This document shows, piece by piece, positions 37,654 to 48,868 of a DNA stretch of 64,000 bases. Below the pieces are notes generated by a model. That model had not been told where the DNA came from. It made no database searches and saw nothing but the letters and a program-made list of their open reading frames with translations. The DNA comes from an uncultured delta proteobacterium. GTDB taxonomy: Bacteria > Myxococcota_A > Polyangia > Polyangiales > Polyangiaceae. The stretch covers positions 256,001-320,000 of the forward strand of contig CAVQUB010000013.1 of assembly GCA_963716725.1 (NCBI GenBank), written 5' to 3'. A program made the translations under genes and the position numbers. Every line of letters begins with the position of its first letter. Position 1 is the first letter of the stretch.

Positions 37654-40600
37654 ATGCTCACTTGGGTAGCGAAAAAGCTGTTCGGAACCTCCAACGAACG
37701 CGCGGTCAAGCGCATGCGGCCCATCGTCGCGGCGGTCGGCGACCTCGAGAAGACCATCTCGCAGCTGACGGACGCCGAGCTCAAGGCCAAGACGGCGGAG
37801 TTCAAGGAGAAGCTCGACAACGGGGCGACGCTGGACGACATCCTGATCGACGCCTTTGCAGTCTGCCGCGAGGGCGGCAAGCGCGCGCTCAAGATGCGCC
37901 ACTACGACGTCCAGCTGATGGGCGGCATCGTGCTGCACCAGGGCAAGATCGCCGAGATGCGAACCGGCGAGGGCAAGACGCTGGTCGCTACCCTCCCCAT
38001 CTACTTGAACGCGCTCGCCGGCAAGGGCGTGCACCTGATCACGGTGAACGACTATCTCGCGAAGCGTGACGCCGAGTGGATGGGACGTCTCTACAACTTC
38101 TTGGGGCTAACCATCGGCGTCGTGATCCCGCAGCAGAGCGACGCCGACAAGAAGCGAGCCTACAAGTGCGACATCACCTACGGGCAGAACAACGAGTTTG
38201 GCTTCGACTATCTGCGCGACAACCTGAAGTTCTCGGCCCTCGACTATGCCCAGCGGCCGCTCCACTTCGCAATCGTGGACGAAGTGGACTCGATCTTGAT
38301 CGACGAGGCACGCACGCCGCTGATCATCAGCGGGCCAGCCGACGCTGCCAGCGAGAAGTACCGGACCTTGAACGAGGTCGTGGCGAAGCTGCACAAGGAC
38401 GAGCACTACAACGTCGACGAGAAAGCCTTCAGCGCCACGCTGACGGACGACGGCGTCGAGTACGTGCAGAAGCTGGTCGGGATCGGCAACCTGTACGACC
38501 CGGCGAACATGCAGACCTTGCACATCCTGAATCAGCTGCTGAAAGCCCACGCGCTCTACAAGCGCGATCAGCACTACATGGTGAGCCCCGACGGCAAGGT
38601 CCTGATCATCGACGAGTTCACGGGGCGCGTGCTGGCAGGGCGTCGCTGGAGCGACGGCTTGCACCAGGCGGTCGAGGCCAAGGAGAACGTGCGGATCCAG
38701 GAAGAGAGTCGCACGATCGCGACCATTACCTTCCAGAACCTGTTCCGCATGTACAAGAAGCTCGGCGGCATGACCGGCACCGCCGAGACCGAGGCCAGCG
38801 AGTTCCACTCCACCTACAAGCTCGACTGCGTCACCATCCCCACCAACAAGGACATGATCCGGCTCGACGAGCACGACATCGTCTACAAGACCGAGCGCGA
38901 GAAGTTCACGGCGGTGATCAAGGAGATCCTGGCCGAGCACGAGGCGGGTCGCCCGGTGCTCGTGGGCACGACCAGCGTCGAGAAGAGCGCAGCCATCAGC
39001 AAGATCCTCACGAAGAAGAGCGTCGCCGCACCACGTGCTGAACGCCAAGCACCACGAGAACGAGGCCTTCGTCGTGGCGCAGGCCGGCCGCAAAGGCGCC
39101 ATCACGGTCAGCACCAACATGGCCGGACGCGGCACGGACATCGTCTTGGGTGGCAACCCAGAGATGCTCGCAAAGTGGGAGCTCAAGGAGAACGGGAAGG
39201 ACATCGACCTCGACGCCGAGGACTACGACCGGCTCTCGAAGAAGTACGAGAAGCTCTGCAAAGAAGAGCACGACGAGGTCGTCGAACTCGGCGGCCTGCA
39301 CATCGTCGGAACGGAGCGACACGAGTCGCGTCGCATCGACAACCAGCTCCGCGGTCGCGCCGGTCGCCAGGGTGACCCGGGCTCGAGCCGCTTCTACCTC
39401 TCGCTCGAAGACGACCTGATGCGCATCTTCGCCGGCGACCGCGTGAAGAACTTGATGGATCGCATGGGCATGCCCGACGACGAGCCCATCGAGCATCCGT
39501 GGGTCACCAAGAGCATCGAGAACGCGCAGAAGAAGGTCGAGGAGCGCAACTTCGACATCCGCAAGAACCTGCTCGAGTACGACGACGTGATGAACGCGCA
39601 GCGCAAGACCGTGTACTCGCTGCGGCAGCAGCTGCTCTTTGGCCGCTACGAACCCGAAGAGCTCGACGAAGTCGGCAAGCCCACGGGCGGGGTGCGCGCC
39701 ATCGCCATGGACAAGCCCATCAAGAAGCAGACCCGCCCTCTGGTCGGCAAGCTGCTCACCTATTTCGTCGACCCACCGGTCACCGCGTCGGGGGAAGGCG
39801 GCAGTGACGAAGAGGACGACGGCGACGAAGCGAAGGGCGCTCCGGCACCGAAGCGCAAGGACTTCGAGAAGGCCGAGAAGCTCGTCGAGCTCGAGGCCCT
39901 GCAGCGCGAGGTCTACCAGCTCTGGGGCGTCCGCATCGAGATCGAGGACCGCTCCAAGAAGTGGACGCCCATCCAGATGTACGACGAGCTGGTCGAGCTC
40001 GTGGCCCAAGGCCTCTCGGAGCAGCGGGAACGCATGCTCGACGTCATCGACCGCGTGATCGCCGCCATTGTCGAAGAGAGCTGCCCCGAGAACAAGCCGC
40101 CCGAAGACTGGGATTGGGCCAGCGTCCGCGATGGCCTGATGGAGAACTTCAAGATCAAGGCCGGAGCCGAACTCGAGGACTACGGAGACCCCGATTTGCT
40201 GGTGCGCGACCTCTACAAGCAGGGCGAGCAACAGTACCTGGAGCGCGAGAAAGACCTCGGCGTCGACAACGCCATGCGCGTGTTCCGCTACATCTACCTC
40301 GAAACCATCGACCAAGCCTGGGTCGACCACCTGACCAACATGGAGCATTTGCGCGACGGCATCGGCCTGCGCGGCTACGGGCAGAAGGACCCGAAGAACG
40401 AGTACAAGAAGGAGGGTTACAACCTCTTCTTGAACATGATGGCGAAGGTCAGCGGCGCCGTGTTGCAGCGCTTCTTCGAGGCCCAGATCCAGCGTCCCGA
40501 GGACATCGAGGCCATCGAAGCCGAAGCGGCGGCGGAGCACCAGAGATCTGCTCGAGCACGCCGTGGCTCGACACGCCAGGGCTTCATCCGAATCCGTCGA

Positions 40601-40796
40601 AGATGCGCTGGCTCGCGGCGGAGCACGTCCGCAGTCCGTTCCGCCCCCGCGCCCTGCGCCTGCGCCGGCCGCGCCCAAGATCGGACGCAACGACCTCTGC
40701 CCTTGCGGCAGCGGACAGAAGTTCAAGAAGTGTCACGGCGACATGCTCGAAGAGGACGGCGAGAGCGGCGACGACGACGAGCAGCCGCGAGCGTGA
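37654..40796 (+). CDS. secA: Preprotein translocase ATPase SecA, split by two +1 frameshifts (~39025, ~40545), probably sequencing errors
   Basis: [33 protein letters not shown], then [35 protein letters not shown], then [23 protein letters not shown]. Confidence 0.96.
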
Positions 40797-40920
40797 TCGC
40801 GGTGCGCCCTGCTGCGCGCGCGAGGATCCACATGCGTCCAACCTGCCTCAACTGCGCGAGACTCATCAGCGACTCATTCGGCGCTTGAAAGTTTTGCGGA
40901 CGCCGCTACCTTCGTCAGTC

Positions 40921-42193
40921 ATGCGGCGCGCGATCCTCGGGCTGGTTGGGTTCTCTTTCGCCTCGCTCTCGGGCTGTGCGCAAGCAGGAGGCGCAGGCGG
41001 CGGCTTGGGAGGCGCGGCTGGCTCGGGCGGCTTCACCGGCATTGGCGGCGCCGGCGGCTCGAGCGCAGGCGGCGGCGCCGGCGGCTCGAGCGCAGGCGGC
41101 GGCGCAGGCGGCTCGAGCGCAGGCGGCGGCGCCGGCGGTGCGGGCGGCGGGGCAGCCGGCGTGGGTGGCACCAACGTCGGTGGAACCTCGGGCTCCGGCG
41201 CGACGGGCGGGACCACCTCGACCGGGGGCAGCGGGGGCAGCACGGGCGGTAGCGGCGGATCCGGAGGCACCGGCGGCAGCGGCGGAATCCGGCGGCACCG
41301 GCGGCAGCGGGGGCAGCACGGGCGGTAGCGGCGGATCCGGAGGCACCGGCGGCAGCGGGGGCACCGCGCCAAAGAGCGATTGCTGCACAGAGACGCCGTA
41401 CGTGACCGGCTGCACCAACTCGACGGTGCAAGCCTGCGTCTGCGCCCAAGACTCGTACTGCTGCACCCTCGAGTGGGACTCGGTATGTGCCGGCGAGACA
41501 CTCTTGTACAAATGCGGCACCTGCCCGACGCCCGCCGACTGCTGTAGCGCTGGCAAGTGCTCCAGCGACGCGGTCACAGAGTGCGTCGGCGACAGTGACA
41601 GCGCCTGCCTCACGACGTGGAGCGCAAGCTGCGCGGCAAAGGTCGCGTCGCTCGGCTGTGGCAGCTGCGGAGGTCCACCAGTGACGCCGTCAGTCTGGAT
41701 CAACGAGCTGCACTACGACAACGCCAGCACGGACACCGGTGAAGGCGTGGAAGTCGCCGGCACCGCGGGCACCGATCTCACCGGTTGGTCCCTGGTCTTC
41801 TACAACGGGGCGCCAACTCAGCTGAAGCAGTACATGTCGAAGACGCTGTCGGGCACGATCCCGAGTCAATCGAACGGCTACGGGACGGTTTGGGCCGCAG
41901 CCGCGAACATGCAGAACGGCGGCGCGGACACGACGCCCGAGCCGGATGGCGTCGCGCTCGTGGACAAGGCCGGCAAGGTGGTGCAGTTCTTGTCGTACGA
42001 GGGCAAGTTCACTCCCACCGACGGTCCCGCGACGGGCATGAGCTCCGTCGACGTCGGCAAGAGCGAACTGTCGACGACGCCCGCGGGTCAGTCGCTCGGG
42101 CTCACCGGCAGTGGCAAGAAGTACTCGGACTTCACCTGGTCCGGCCCCGCGACGTCCACCCCCGGACAGCCCAACACCGGGCAGAGCTTCTGA
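40921..42193 (+). CDS. Gly-rich, Cys-rich lipoprotein with C-terminal lamin-tail-like domain; +1 frameshift at ~41287
   Basis: LSGC lipobox; GGAGGSS and GGSGG repeats; CVCAQDSYCC..EWDSVC; WINELHYDN...GVEVAG..GTDLTGWSLVFYNG. Confidence 0.75.
41044..41366 (+). repeat. Gly-rich coding tandem repeats (24-nt unit x3 and a duplicated ~60-nt block)
   Basis: GGCGGCGC(C/A)GGCGGCTCGAGCGCA repeated; GGCAGCGGGGGCAGCACGGGCGGTAGCGGCGGATCCGGAGGCACCGGCGGCAGC occurs twice. Confidence 0.85.
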
Positions 42194-42302
42194 GCCGCTC
42201 CCTGTGCGAGGGTCTGGAAAGGCCGGACCGACGATACCGAGCGCTTCGCCGAGGTCGAGCGCCGTCTGGCGCGGCTCGAAGCGCGCGTCGGGGTCTGAAC
42301 GC

Positions 42303-42875
42303 CTACTTCGCGAGCTCGACCCAGGCGACGCCGCGCAAATCGCCCTCGGCAAAGCCCGTGGCCTGATCCTTTGGGTAGCGTTCGCCGAGCTTCTGTTTCA
42401 CGTCCGCCGGGATCCCCTGCGCAGGCCCGTGACAGCTGACGCACAGCGCTTGGGTGGGCAGCGGCTCGACCACGCCGAGCTTTGCGCCTAGGTCGTAGAC
42501 GGCGGGTTTCACGTCCTTGGCGGGTTTGCCCGCCGCCTCGTCCAAGTAGGCCTTCACCCAGGGTCGGGGCGCGTTCTTCTCGTTGCGCAGCCCGCGGCTC
42601 GACCGGCCGATTTCGATGCCGTTCTTCCTGGCAAGGTCGCTCGTGAGTTCGCCGGCCTCGCTGGCACACACCTCGATGCCGCTGGCGGGCCCGCCGCCCT
42701 TGATCGCCTCCTGAAGCCGGCCGCTCAGTGTCTTCTTCAGCTCGCCAATGGCGCCCCGAGCCTTGGTGACTCCGGCCTCGTGCTCCTGGGGCACCGGGTC
42801 GAGCCGCTTGGGACCGCCCTGGCAACCCAGAGCAGTGAGCGCGACGAGAAGGGCGAATGGGCTACGAAACCGCAT
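42303..42875 (-). CDS. c-type heme lipoprotein, DUF3365/Tll0287-like
   Basis: ALGC lipobox; IEVC, RNEKNAP, CVSCH, YPKDQATGF..GDLRG. Confidence 0.82.
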   Translation of the reverse strand: MRFRSPFALLVALTALGCQGGPKRLDPVPQEHEAGVTKARGAIGELKKTLSGRLQEAIKGGGPASGIEVCASEAGELTSDLARKNGIEIGRSSRGLRNEKNAPRPWVKAYLDEAAGKPAKDVKPAVYDLGAKLGVVEPLPTQALCVSCHGPAQGIPADVKQKLGERYPKDQATGFAEGDLRGVAWVELAK

Positions 42876-42950
42876 GGCATTCGGTGAGAGCCGCGGCTGC
42901 CCGAAATGGGTTCGTCCGCTGTCTCGCCGTCCCAGCGCAGCTGCCTGAGT

Positions 42951-43946
42951 TCACTCCGCGTCTCGCGCGCAGCGAAACCCGGCCACCAGGATTTTCCACG
43001 TTCCCGGGTGATGTACCCGGTTGGTCGAACGCAGGCCCTTGGCGTTGTAGTTGAACGCTCCACCGCGCAGTACTCGCTCGCACTCGGTCGGGATGGGGTT
43101 GCTACCGGTGTAGCCTTGGAGTTTCTTCTTGCGGAGTTCATCCTGGCTCGCGAGGATTTCCTCGCAGGTCCCCGGCACACCGCGATCTGCGCTCGAGCGT
43201 TTGTAAGCGTAAGGATCGTAGGGGTCCGCGAGCCACTCCCAGACGTTGCCCGCAAGATCGTGGTGGCCATAAGGCCCCGCGTCGTCGGGAAACGAGCCCA
43301 CCTCAGCTGTCGCTCCGCCCTGGCAGCCTTGAAAGCACCCGTGCTTCTTCGGATCGGGGAAAGCGTTGCCCCAGGGGTACTTCCTGGCGTCGTCGCCCCG
43401 CGCGGCCCGCTCCCACTCCGCCTCGGTGGGCAATCGCTTCTTCTGCCATTCGCAATACGCCTTGGCGTCGTGCCACGACACGCCGACGACGGGCTTCTTG
43501 GCGCCGCGGAACTCCTTCTCGGAGCCGTACTTCATGGCCTTGGCCGCGTCGGCCTTCCATGGCGGGCAGATCTTGGCGTTCACGCACTCGAGATACTGTC
43601 CGTTGGTGACCTCGACTTGATCCAGGAAGTACGCCTTCAACGTGACCTGATGCGCTGGCTTCTCGTCCTCTTCGCCCTCGTCGCTCGAGCCCATCGTGAA
43701 GGTGCCCGCGGGGACGGGCAGCATGCCCGGGGGCGGCGCAGCGGAAGGAGGAGGCGCCGCCGTTGGTGCCGGCGTTGGAACCAGGGCGCTCGTGACGGTC
43801 GGTGGCGTGCGTGGCTTGGTATTCTGCCGCTTCGCGACCGGTGGTGCGCGCTCGGCCTTCGCGGCGGGAGGCGGCGCCTGTGACGCACCGTTGCAGGCAA
43901 CGATGAGGCAGCTGCCGAACACCGAAGCGAATCGTTCGCGTATCAC
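42951..43946 (-). CDS. FGE-sulfatase (SUMF1) domain lipoprotein
   Basis: VPAGTFTMGS, EVTNGQY, VSWHDAKAYC, RLPTEAEWERAARG, DLAGNVWEW, GFRCARD. Confidence 0.9.
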   Translation of the reverse strand: MIRERFASVFGSCLIVACNGASQAPPPAAKAERAPPVAKRQNTKPRTPPTVTSALVPTPAPTAAPPPSAAPPPGMLPVPAGTFTMGSSDEGEEDEKPAHQVTLKAYFLDQVEVTNGQYLECVNAKICPPWKADAAKAMKYGSEKEFRGAKKPVVGVSWHDAKAYCEWQKKRLPTEAEWERAARGDDARKYPWGNAFPDPKKHGCFQGCQGGATAEVGSFPDDAGPYGHHDLAGNVWEWLADPYDPYAYKRSSADRGVPGTCEEILASQDELRKKKLQGYTGSNPIPTECERVLRGGAFNYNAKGLRSTNRVHHPGTWKILVAGFRCARDAE

Positions 43947-44019
43947 CGCGCCCAGATCTACTTGAGGCCTGCGGCGAGTGCCAAGAACATGACCACCCGA
44001 TCCGCTCGTCCCCCGGAGC

Positions 44020-46065
44020 TCACGGTTTCGGGTAGACGAAGGGGGCGCGGCCTGCCGGCGGCGTGCAGCCGTCCGTGCACGAGGGAGGAGTCGTGCTCGA
44101 GGTCCAACAAGGCGGCTGATAGCTGGTGCCGGGGTCGTCATAGCAAACCCGCAACGGCCGCGAGATCCCCGTATTTCCGACTTTGTCCTTGGCCACCGCC
44201 GCCAGGCAGAGCCAACCTTCTTTCTGCGTGGCCTGGGCGAGCTGAGATGAGAGCTCCCAGCCGGTACCCGTGCACTCGAGGCCCGTCATCTGCCCGATGC
44301 CGTACACCACGGGCTCGACGCCTGCCATCGTGTGCCCGACCACGACGTTCATGTCGGATGCGTTGTTGGTGCAGAGCGTCGCAGGCGGCTGGGGTTCAAC
44401 CCCCAGAACGCAATATCCCGACGGAAGGGCCGGAGCGGTCGAGGCACCGGTGTTCGGGTAGAAGGCGCTGCCTGCAGGGCTGACCGGGTTCAGCTGCAGG
44501 TTGGGGATCGCCTTGCCGCCGACGACGGTGTTCAGCGCGTCACACTCGGGATCCGCGTCGTTGTTGATCAGCAGCGGGACCGTGGGGCCGTCAGGCTGAA
44601 GGTACAGGTACACCGACGTGGGCTCTGTCTTTGCGTAGTAGAAGACCGTCTGCCCCGACACGGAGTTGGTCTGCTCCCACACCATGGCGCGGAAGTGCTT
44701 GAACGGGGTGACCTTGCCCTGGTCACTCGCGGCATACGTACCGAGCGGGTCAAAGGACTCGGAGCAGAGAATCCGGCGGGCCCTTCTTGCTGAGCCTCAC
44801 GTTGCCCGGGTCCAAGTCGACCACCGGGGGCTGATTGTCCAAATACAAGAGCACCGAGGCTCCGGACGACTTGTTCCCGGCCTTGTCGATGGCCGTCACG
44901 TTCACCGTGACCTGCACCTTCGAGCCCGCCACGTTGGCGCTGTCGAAGGTGAAGGTGTAGTCGTCCGCGGTGTTCGACCACTGCGTCGTCGCCGCGTACA
45001 GGTTCTGCACCTGGTTCAGCTCGACGTTGATGGTCTTCTGATCGACCCCGCTCCCGGTATCGACGACGGAGAAGGCGAGCGGGACCTTGCCCCCGATGAT
45101 GTCCTGGTTTTTCGGGCTCTTGATGGTGATGACCGGACCCTGCCCGTCGAGCGTGAAGTTGTAGCTCTTGAGGGCCTTGGCGGCGGTCGGAGTCCGCTTG
45201 TTCGTGCCTTCGATCACCACAGGGATGGATCCCGAGGGCACCTGCGGGAACAAGGTCTTGTCGTTGAAATCGATGGCGTTCTTGTAGCCGCCAGGCACCG
45301 AGACATCCGGAGTGGGGGTGATGTTCACGCCGTTGACCGTGAGCTTCACCGTATCGACGGCGCTCTCCGGATCGGTCGCGGCGAGCAATGCCGGGCTCAC
45401 CTTGAACACGAAGGGCACGACTCCCGTCAGCGGGTAAGCCGAACCGTCCGCCGGCGTGGTCACCGCGATGTTCGGGCCGTGATCGACAAAGGTCGCGAGG
45501 GTGTCCGCGCCCGTCTTGGGCGGGGTCGACGTGTCGCCCGCCATGCATCGGAAGGAGACCTTGCCGGTGGGAACCGTGCTGAGGACGAAGGACGCTTTGT
45601 ACTCGTTGAGGTTCGTGGTCGGTGTGCCCGGAAACTCGTCGACGACCGCCTGAGAGGCGTTCAAGACCGCGATCTTCACCGTCGTCAGGATCGACCGGGA
45701 GAGCCCCCGCCAGCGTGGACTTCTCTGCCGTGCATCGCGCCTCGAGTTGAGCTCCCACGATGACTTTGTCGTTGGTCGGATCAGTGGCGGCGTCCGGGGA
45801 GATCACCTTGACGGTCGGCGCGCCGGGAACGTTGACTCCGCCATCGCCGCCGCCGGTGCCGCCAATTCCGGCGGTTCCCCCCGCCGCCGCCGCTACCCCC
45901 TTTGCCGCCAGTGGCTCCCGTGCCGGCTTCGGCGCCGCCGCTGCCACCTCCGCCAGAACTCTGCGGGAGGTTTCCGGCGCGGTCCTCGCCTCCGCAGGAA
46001 ACCAAGACGTACGAGGTGACCCCGATCGACGCCAAGCCCAAGAGCAGCGCGCGCATATTGGCCAT
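44020..46065 (-). CDS. Large beta-rich (Ig-like) lipoprotein, split by three +1 frameshifts (~45880, ~45688, ~44765)
   Basis: VLVSC lipobox and Gly linker; continuous GC3-biased reading across four frame segments; TAIDKAGN and AKDKVGN Ig-like motifs. Confidence 0.7.
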
Positions 46066-46192
46066 GTGAAGCACTCCCTGATCGCGAAGGGTACCTCAGC
46101 ACGCCGGGGGGCGCGATACCCCGGCGCTCCCACCTGCCGAGGGTCTCCGCTCACCGCGATTCGCCGCGGGGGGCGATTTGCAGCCGAGACGG

Positions 46193-47152
46193 CTACGGCT
46201 GCGACCCGAGCCAGCGCAGCGTCGCCCCGAGCCCTTGCTCCAGGCTGGTACTCGGGCGAAAGCCCAGCAGGTTCGCGATCTTTTCGACGCTGCCGACGCG
46301 GCTCGAGCCGTGGGTCCAGTCCGCGGGCCCAGCTTCGATCGGAACCTCTCGCCCCGAGACGCGCACCATGGAAGCGACCAGCTCCCTGACCGGGGTCGCG
46401 ACCCCCGAGCCGACGTTGAAGAGTTCGCCCGAGAGCGGGGCCTCCAGCGCGCGGCAGGTGGCCTCGACGGCGTCGTCGACATAGATGTAGTCGAGGGCTT
46501 GCAGGCCGTCGCCGTTGACGATCGGCGACTCGCCGTCGCGGAGGCGCTCGAGGCTCTTCACGATCACGCTCTTGTACCCGGTGCCCGCGAACTGCCGAGG
46601 CCCGTACACGAAGAAGTAACGCAGGTTGATCCAGTCCGCCTGGTGCTGCCTGGCAAAGAACGCCGTGAGGTGCTCACCGGTCAGCTTGCTGATGCCATAG
46701 ACAGTGCTCGGCTGGGGCTGCTCGCTCTCGAGCATCGGCGGCCCAGAGAGCCGCCCGTAGGCGTAGAGCGACGAGGTGAACACGATCTTGCGCACGCCGG
46801 CGCGACCCGCCGCGCCCAGCAGCGCCGCGGTGCCCTCGACGTTGGCCCGGAGGACGCGCGTCGGGGCGTCCTTGGACTGGTTGTGCTTCTCGGCCGCGAG
46901 GTGGAACAGGAAGTCCGCCCCAGCGCAGGCGCCATCGAGCTCGCTCGCCTCACCGAAGCCCAGGTCGTGTTGCACGACCTCGACGGGCAAGCCGGCCGCC
47001 AGGTTCTCGGGCTTTCCGTAGCGCAGGCTGTCGATGACCACGATGCGTCGGGCGCCGCGCGCGGCGAGGGCGCTCACGAGGTGAGAGCCGATGAAGCCGC
47101 AGCCACCGGTGACCACGACGGTCGCGCCGTCAATGTTGTGAGTTCGAGACAT
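46193..47152 (-). CDS. NAD-dependent epimerase/dehydratase (extended SDR)
   Basis: VTGGCGFIGSHL, FHLAA, YGISK, LRYFFVYGPRQ, DYIYVDD. Confidence 0.93.
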   Translation of the reverse strand: MSRTHNIDGATVVVTGGCGFIGSHLVSALAARGARRIVVIDSLRYGKPENLAAGLPVEVVQHDLGFGEASELDGACAGADFLFHLAAEKHNQSKDAPTRVLRANVEGTAALLGAAGRAGVRKIVFTSSLYAYGRLSGPPMLESEQPQPSTVYGISKLTGEHLTAFFARQHQADWINLRYFFVYGPRQFAGTGYKSVIVKSLERLRDGESPIVNGDGLQALDYIYVDDAVEATCRALEAPLSGELFNVGSGVATPVRELVASMVRVSGREVPIEAGPADWTHGSSRVGSVEKIANLLGFRPSTSLEQGLGATLRWLGSQP

Positions 47153-47229
47153 CGCGCACAGCCTAATACACAGAGGCGACTCCGCGACGGCTGGAATGGC
47201 CGGAGCGTGTTAGGGTCCCGGGCCCCGCG

Positions 47230-48843
47230 ATGGTCGCGCGCACGCGAATCGAGCGACTCCAGAAGCTCCGCAGCAGCCTCCGCGAGAGGCCACTCGGCTG
47301 GCTGTGCGCCCTGGTGGCCCTGGCGGCCTCGGCCTACGTCATCGGCTACCCCTTCGCGGTGGTCCGGTACCCGCCAATCACGGATCTGCCCTTCCACGCC
47401 AGCGACATCTCCATCTTCCGGCACTACTGGGACCCGTCCTTCGGCTTCGACCGCCAGTTCACGCTCCAGCCCTTCAAGGTCCCGTACATGTCGATGTACG
47501 CAGTCGGCGCGCTCTTGGCCCTGGTGCTGCCCATGCATGTCGCGGTCAAGGGCGCCGTGGTCGTCACGCTCGCTCTCTTGCCCGCCGGGCTCGCAGTGCT
47601 CTTCCACGGCATGAAGAAGAGCCCGCTCTGGGGCCTCTTGGGTCTGTCTGCGGTGTGGATGCACCTCACGCACTGGGGGTTCATCAACTTCGTCGGCGCC
47701 ATCGGTCTGTTCGCGATGTGCGTCGGACTGACTCTCCTGATCGTGGATCGCCCCACCCGCGGCCGTCAGATCGGGCTCGCCGTCTGCCTGATCGCCGTGT
47801 TCTTCTCGCACCTGTTTCGCTACCCCTTCGCGCTGATGGCGGTCGTGGGCAGCGCCGTGCTGGTGTGGCCCGCTACGCGGCGGCTCTGGCCGGCCATCTG
47901 GCCCACGCTTCCCAGCGTCGGCGTATACGCGCTGTGGCACTTCCACCCGGGAAGGACCCAGGCCGACGTGGGCGCGCATTTGGCGTGGACCCCGGCCAGG
48001 CTGAGCGAAATTCGGGGCTACTTGGTGGACGGCTTCGCCGGCGCGGCGGGCGTCGAAGAGAAGCTGCTCTTCAACCACTTTCTGGACCTGGCGCTCGTGC
48101 TCGGCCTGTCCTGCGCGGTGTGGTTCGTGGTCCAAGGCCGGGCTCGAAACCGATCGTTCCGCGAGTGGTGGTGGGGCGCGTCGGTGACGCTGCTGCCGGT
48201 GCTGCTCGCCGGTGGGTTCGTGTTTGCGTTCCTGATGTTGCCGATGCGAATTGGGCTGTGGTGGTACGTGTACCCGCGCGAGGTCACGCCCGCGCTCTAC
48301 ATCCTCTTGGCAGTGGTCCCCGACATGCCGCGCTCGGCGTGGGTTCGGCTCGCCCTGGTGACGGCCCTAGGTCTGTCGGCCGGGCGCATCGGCTACCACG
48401 TCGCGCGGCAGTATCACGCGTTCGATCAGAACACGCGGGACTTCCAAGAGGTCGTCCAGCACATCCCACGCGCACCCAAGCTCTTGTATCTGGTGTTCGC
48501 CCACGACGGCTCGACGCGGTCGATCACGCCCTACATTCACTTTCCGGCCTGGGTGCAGGCCGAGAAAGGCGGAGCTCTCTCGTTCCACTTTGCGGGATGG
48601 GACTACGCGCCGGCGGCCTATCGCGTCGGGAGCCCGGACGTCCCGCCCTCGGTCCCCGAGCGCTGGGAGTGGCAGCCGCACCTCTTCAACGTGCGGCAGC
48701 ATGGCGCATGGTTCGACTGGTTCTTGGTGCGACGCCACGATAGCCCCGAGGCGCTATTCAGCGCAGATCCCAGCGTTCGGCCCGTAGCGCAGCGCGGGAC
48801 CTGGTGGCTGTACCGCAGGGCCGAATCCAGCTCGGCGCCCTGA
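47230..48843 (+). CDS. Polytopic membrane protein, possibly GT-C-like glycosyltransferase
   Basis: About 10-11 TM segments; YPPITDLPFH loop, WGFINF; soluble C-terminal domain. Confidence 0.6.
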   Translation: MVARTRIERLQKLRSSLRERPLGWLCALVALAASAYVIGYPFAVVRYPPITDLPFHASDISIFRHYWDPSFGFDRQFTLQPFKVPYMSMYAVGALLALVLPMHVAVKGAVVVTLALLPAGLAVLFHGMKKSPLWGLLGLSAVWMHLTHWGFINFVGAIGLFAMCVGLTLLIVDRPTRGRQIGLAVCLIAVFFSHLFRYPFALMAVVGSAVLVWPATRRLWPAIWPTLPSVGVYALWHFHPGRTQADVGAHLAWTPARLSEIRGYLVDGFAGAAGVEEKLLFNHFLDLALVLGLSCAVWFVVQGRARNRSFREWWWGASVTLLPVLLAGGFVFAFLMLPMRIGLWWYVYPREVTPALYILLAVVPDMPRSAWVRLALVTALGLSAGRIGYHVARQYHAFDQNTRDFQEVVQHIPRAPKLLYLVFAHDGSTRSITPYIHFPAWVQAEKGGALSFHFAGWDYAPAAYRVGSPDVPPSVPERWEWQPHLFNVRQHGAWFDWFLVRRHDSPEALFSADPSVRPVAQRGTWWLYRRAESSSAP

Positions 48844-48868
48844 CTGCCGATGGAGTACCCTTCGAGCG

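Noticed and set aside
39000..40570. Programmed frameshifting in secA
   Set aside because: No slippery heptamer at either site, and the pattern is shared with unrelated genes; an error is more parsimonious.
42200..42298. Short frame ending ERFAEVERRLARLEARVGV*
   Set aside because: Looks like a coiled-coil gene tail but is too short and has no start, so it cannot be supported as a feature.
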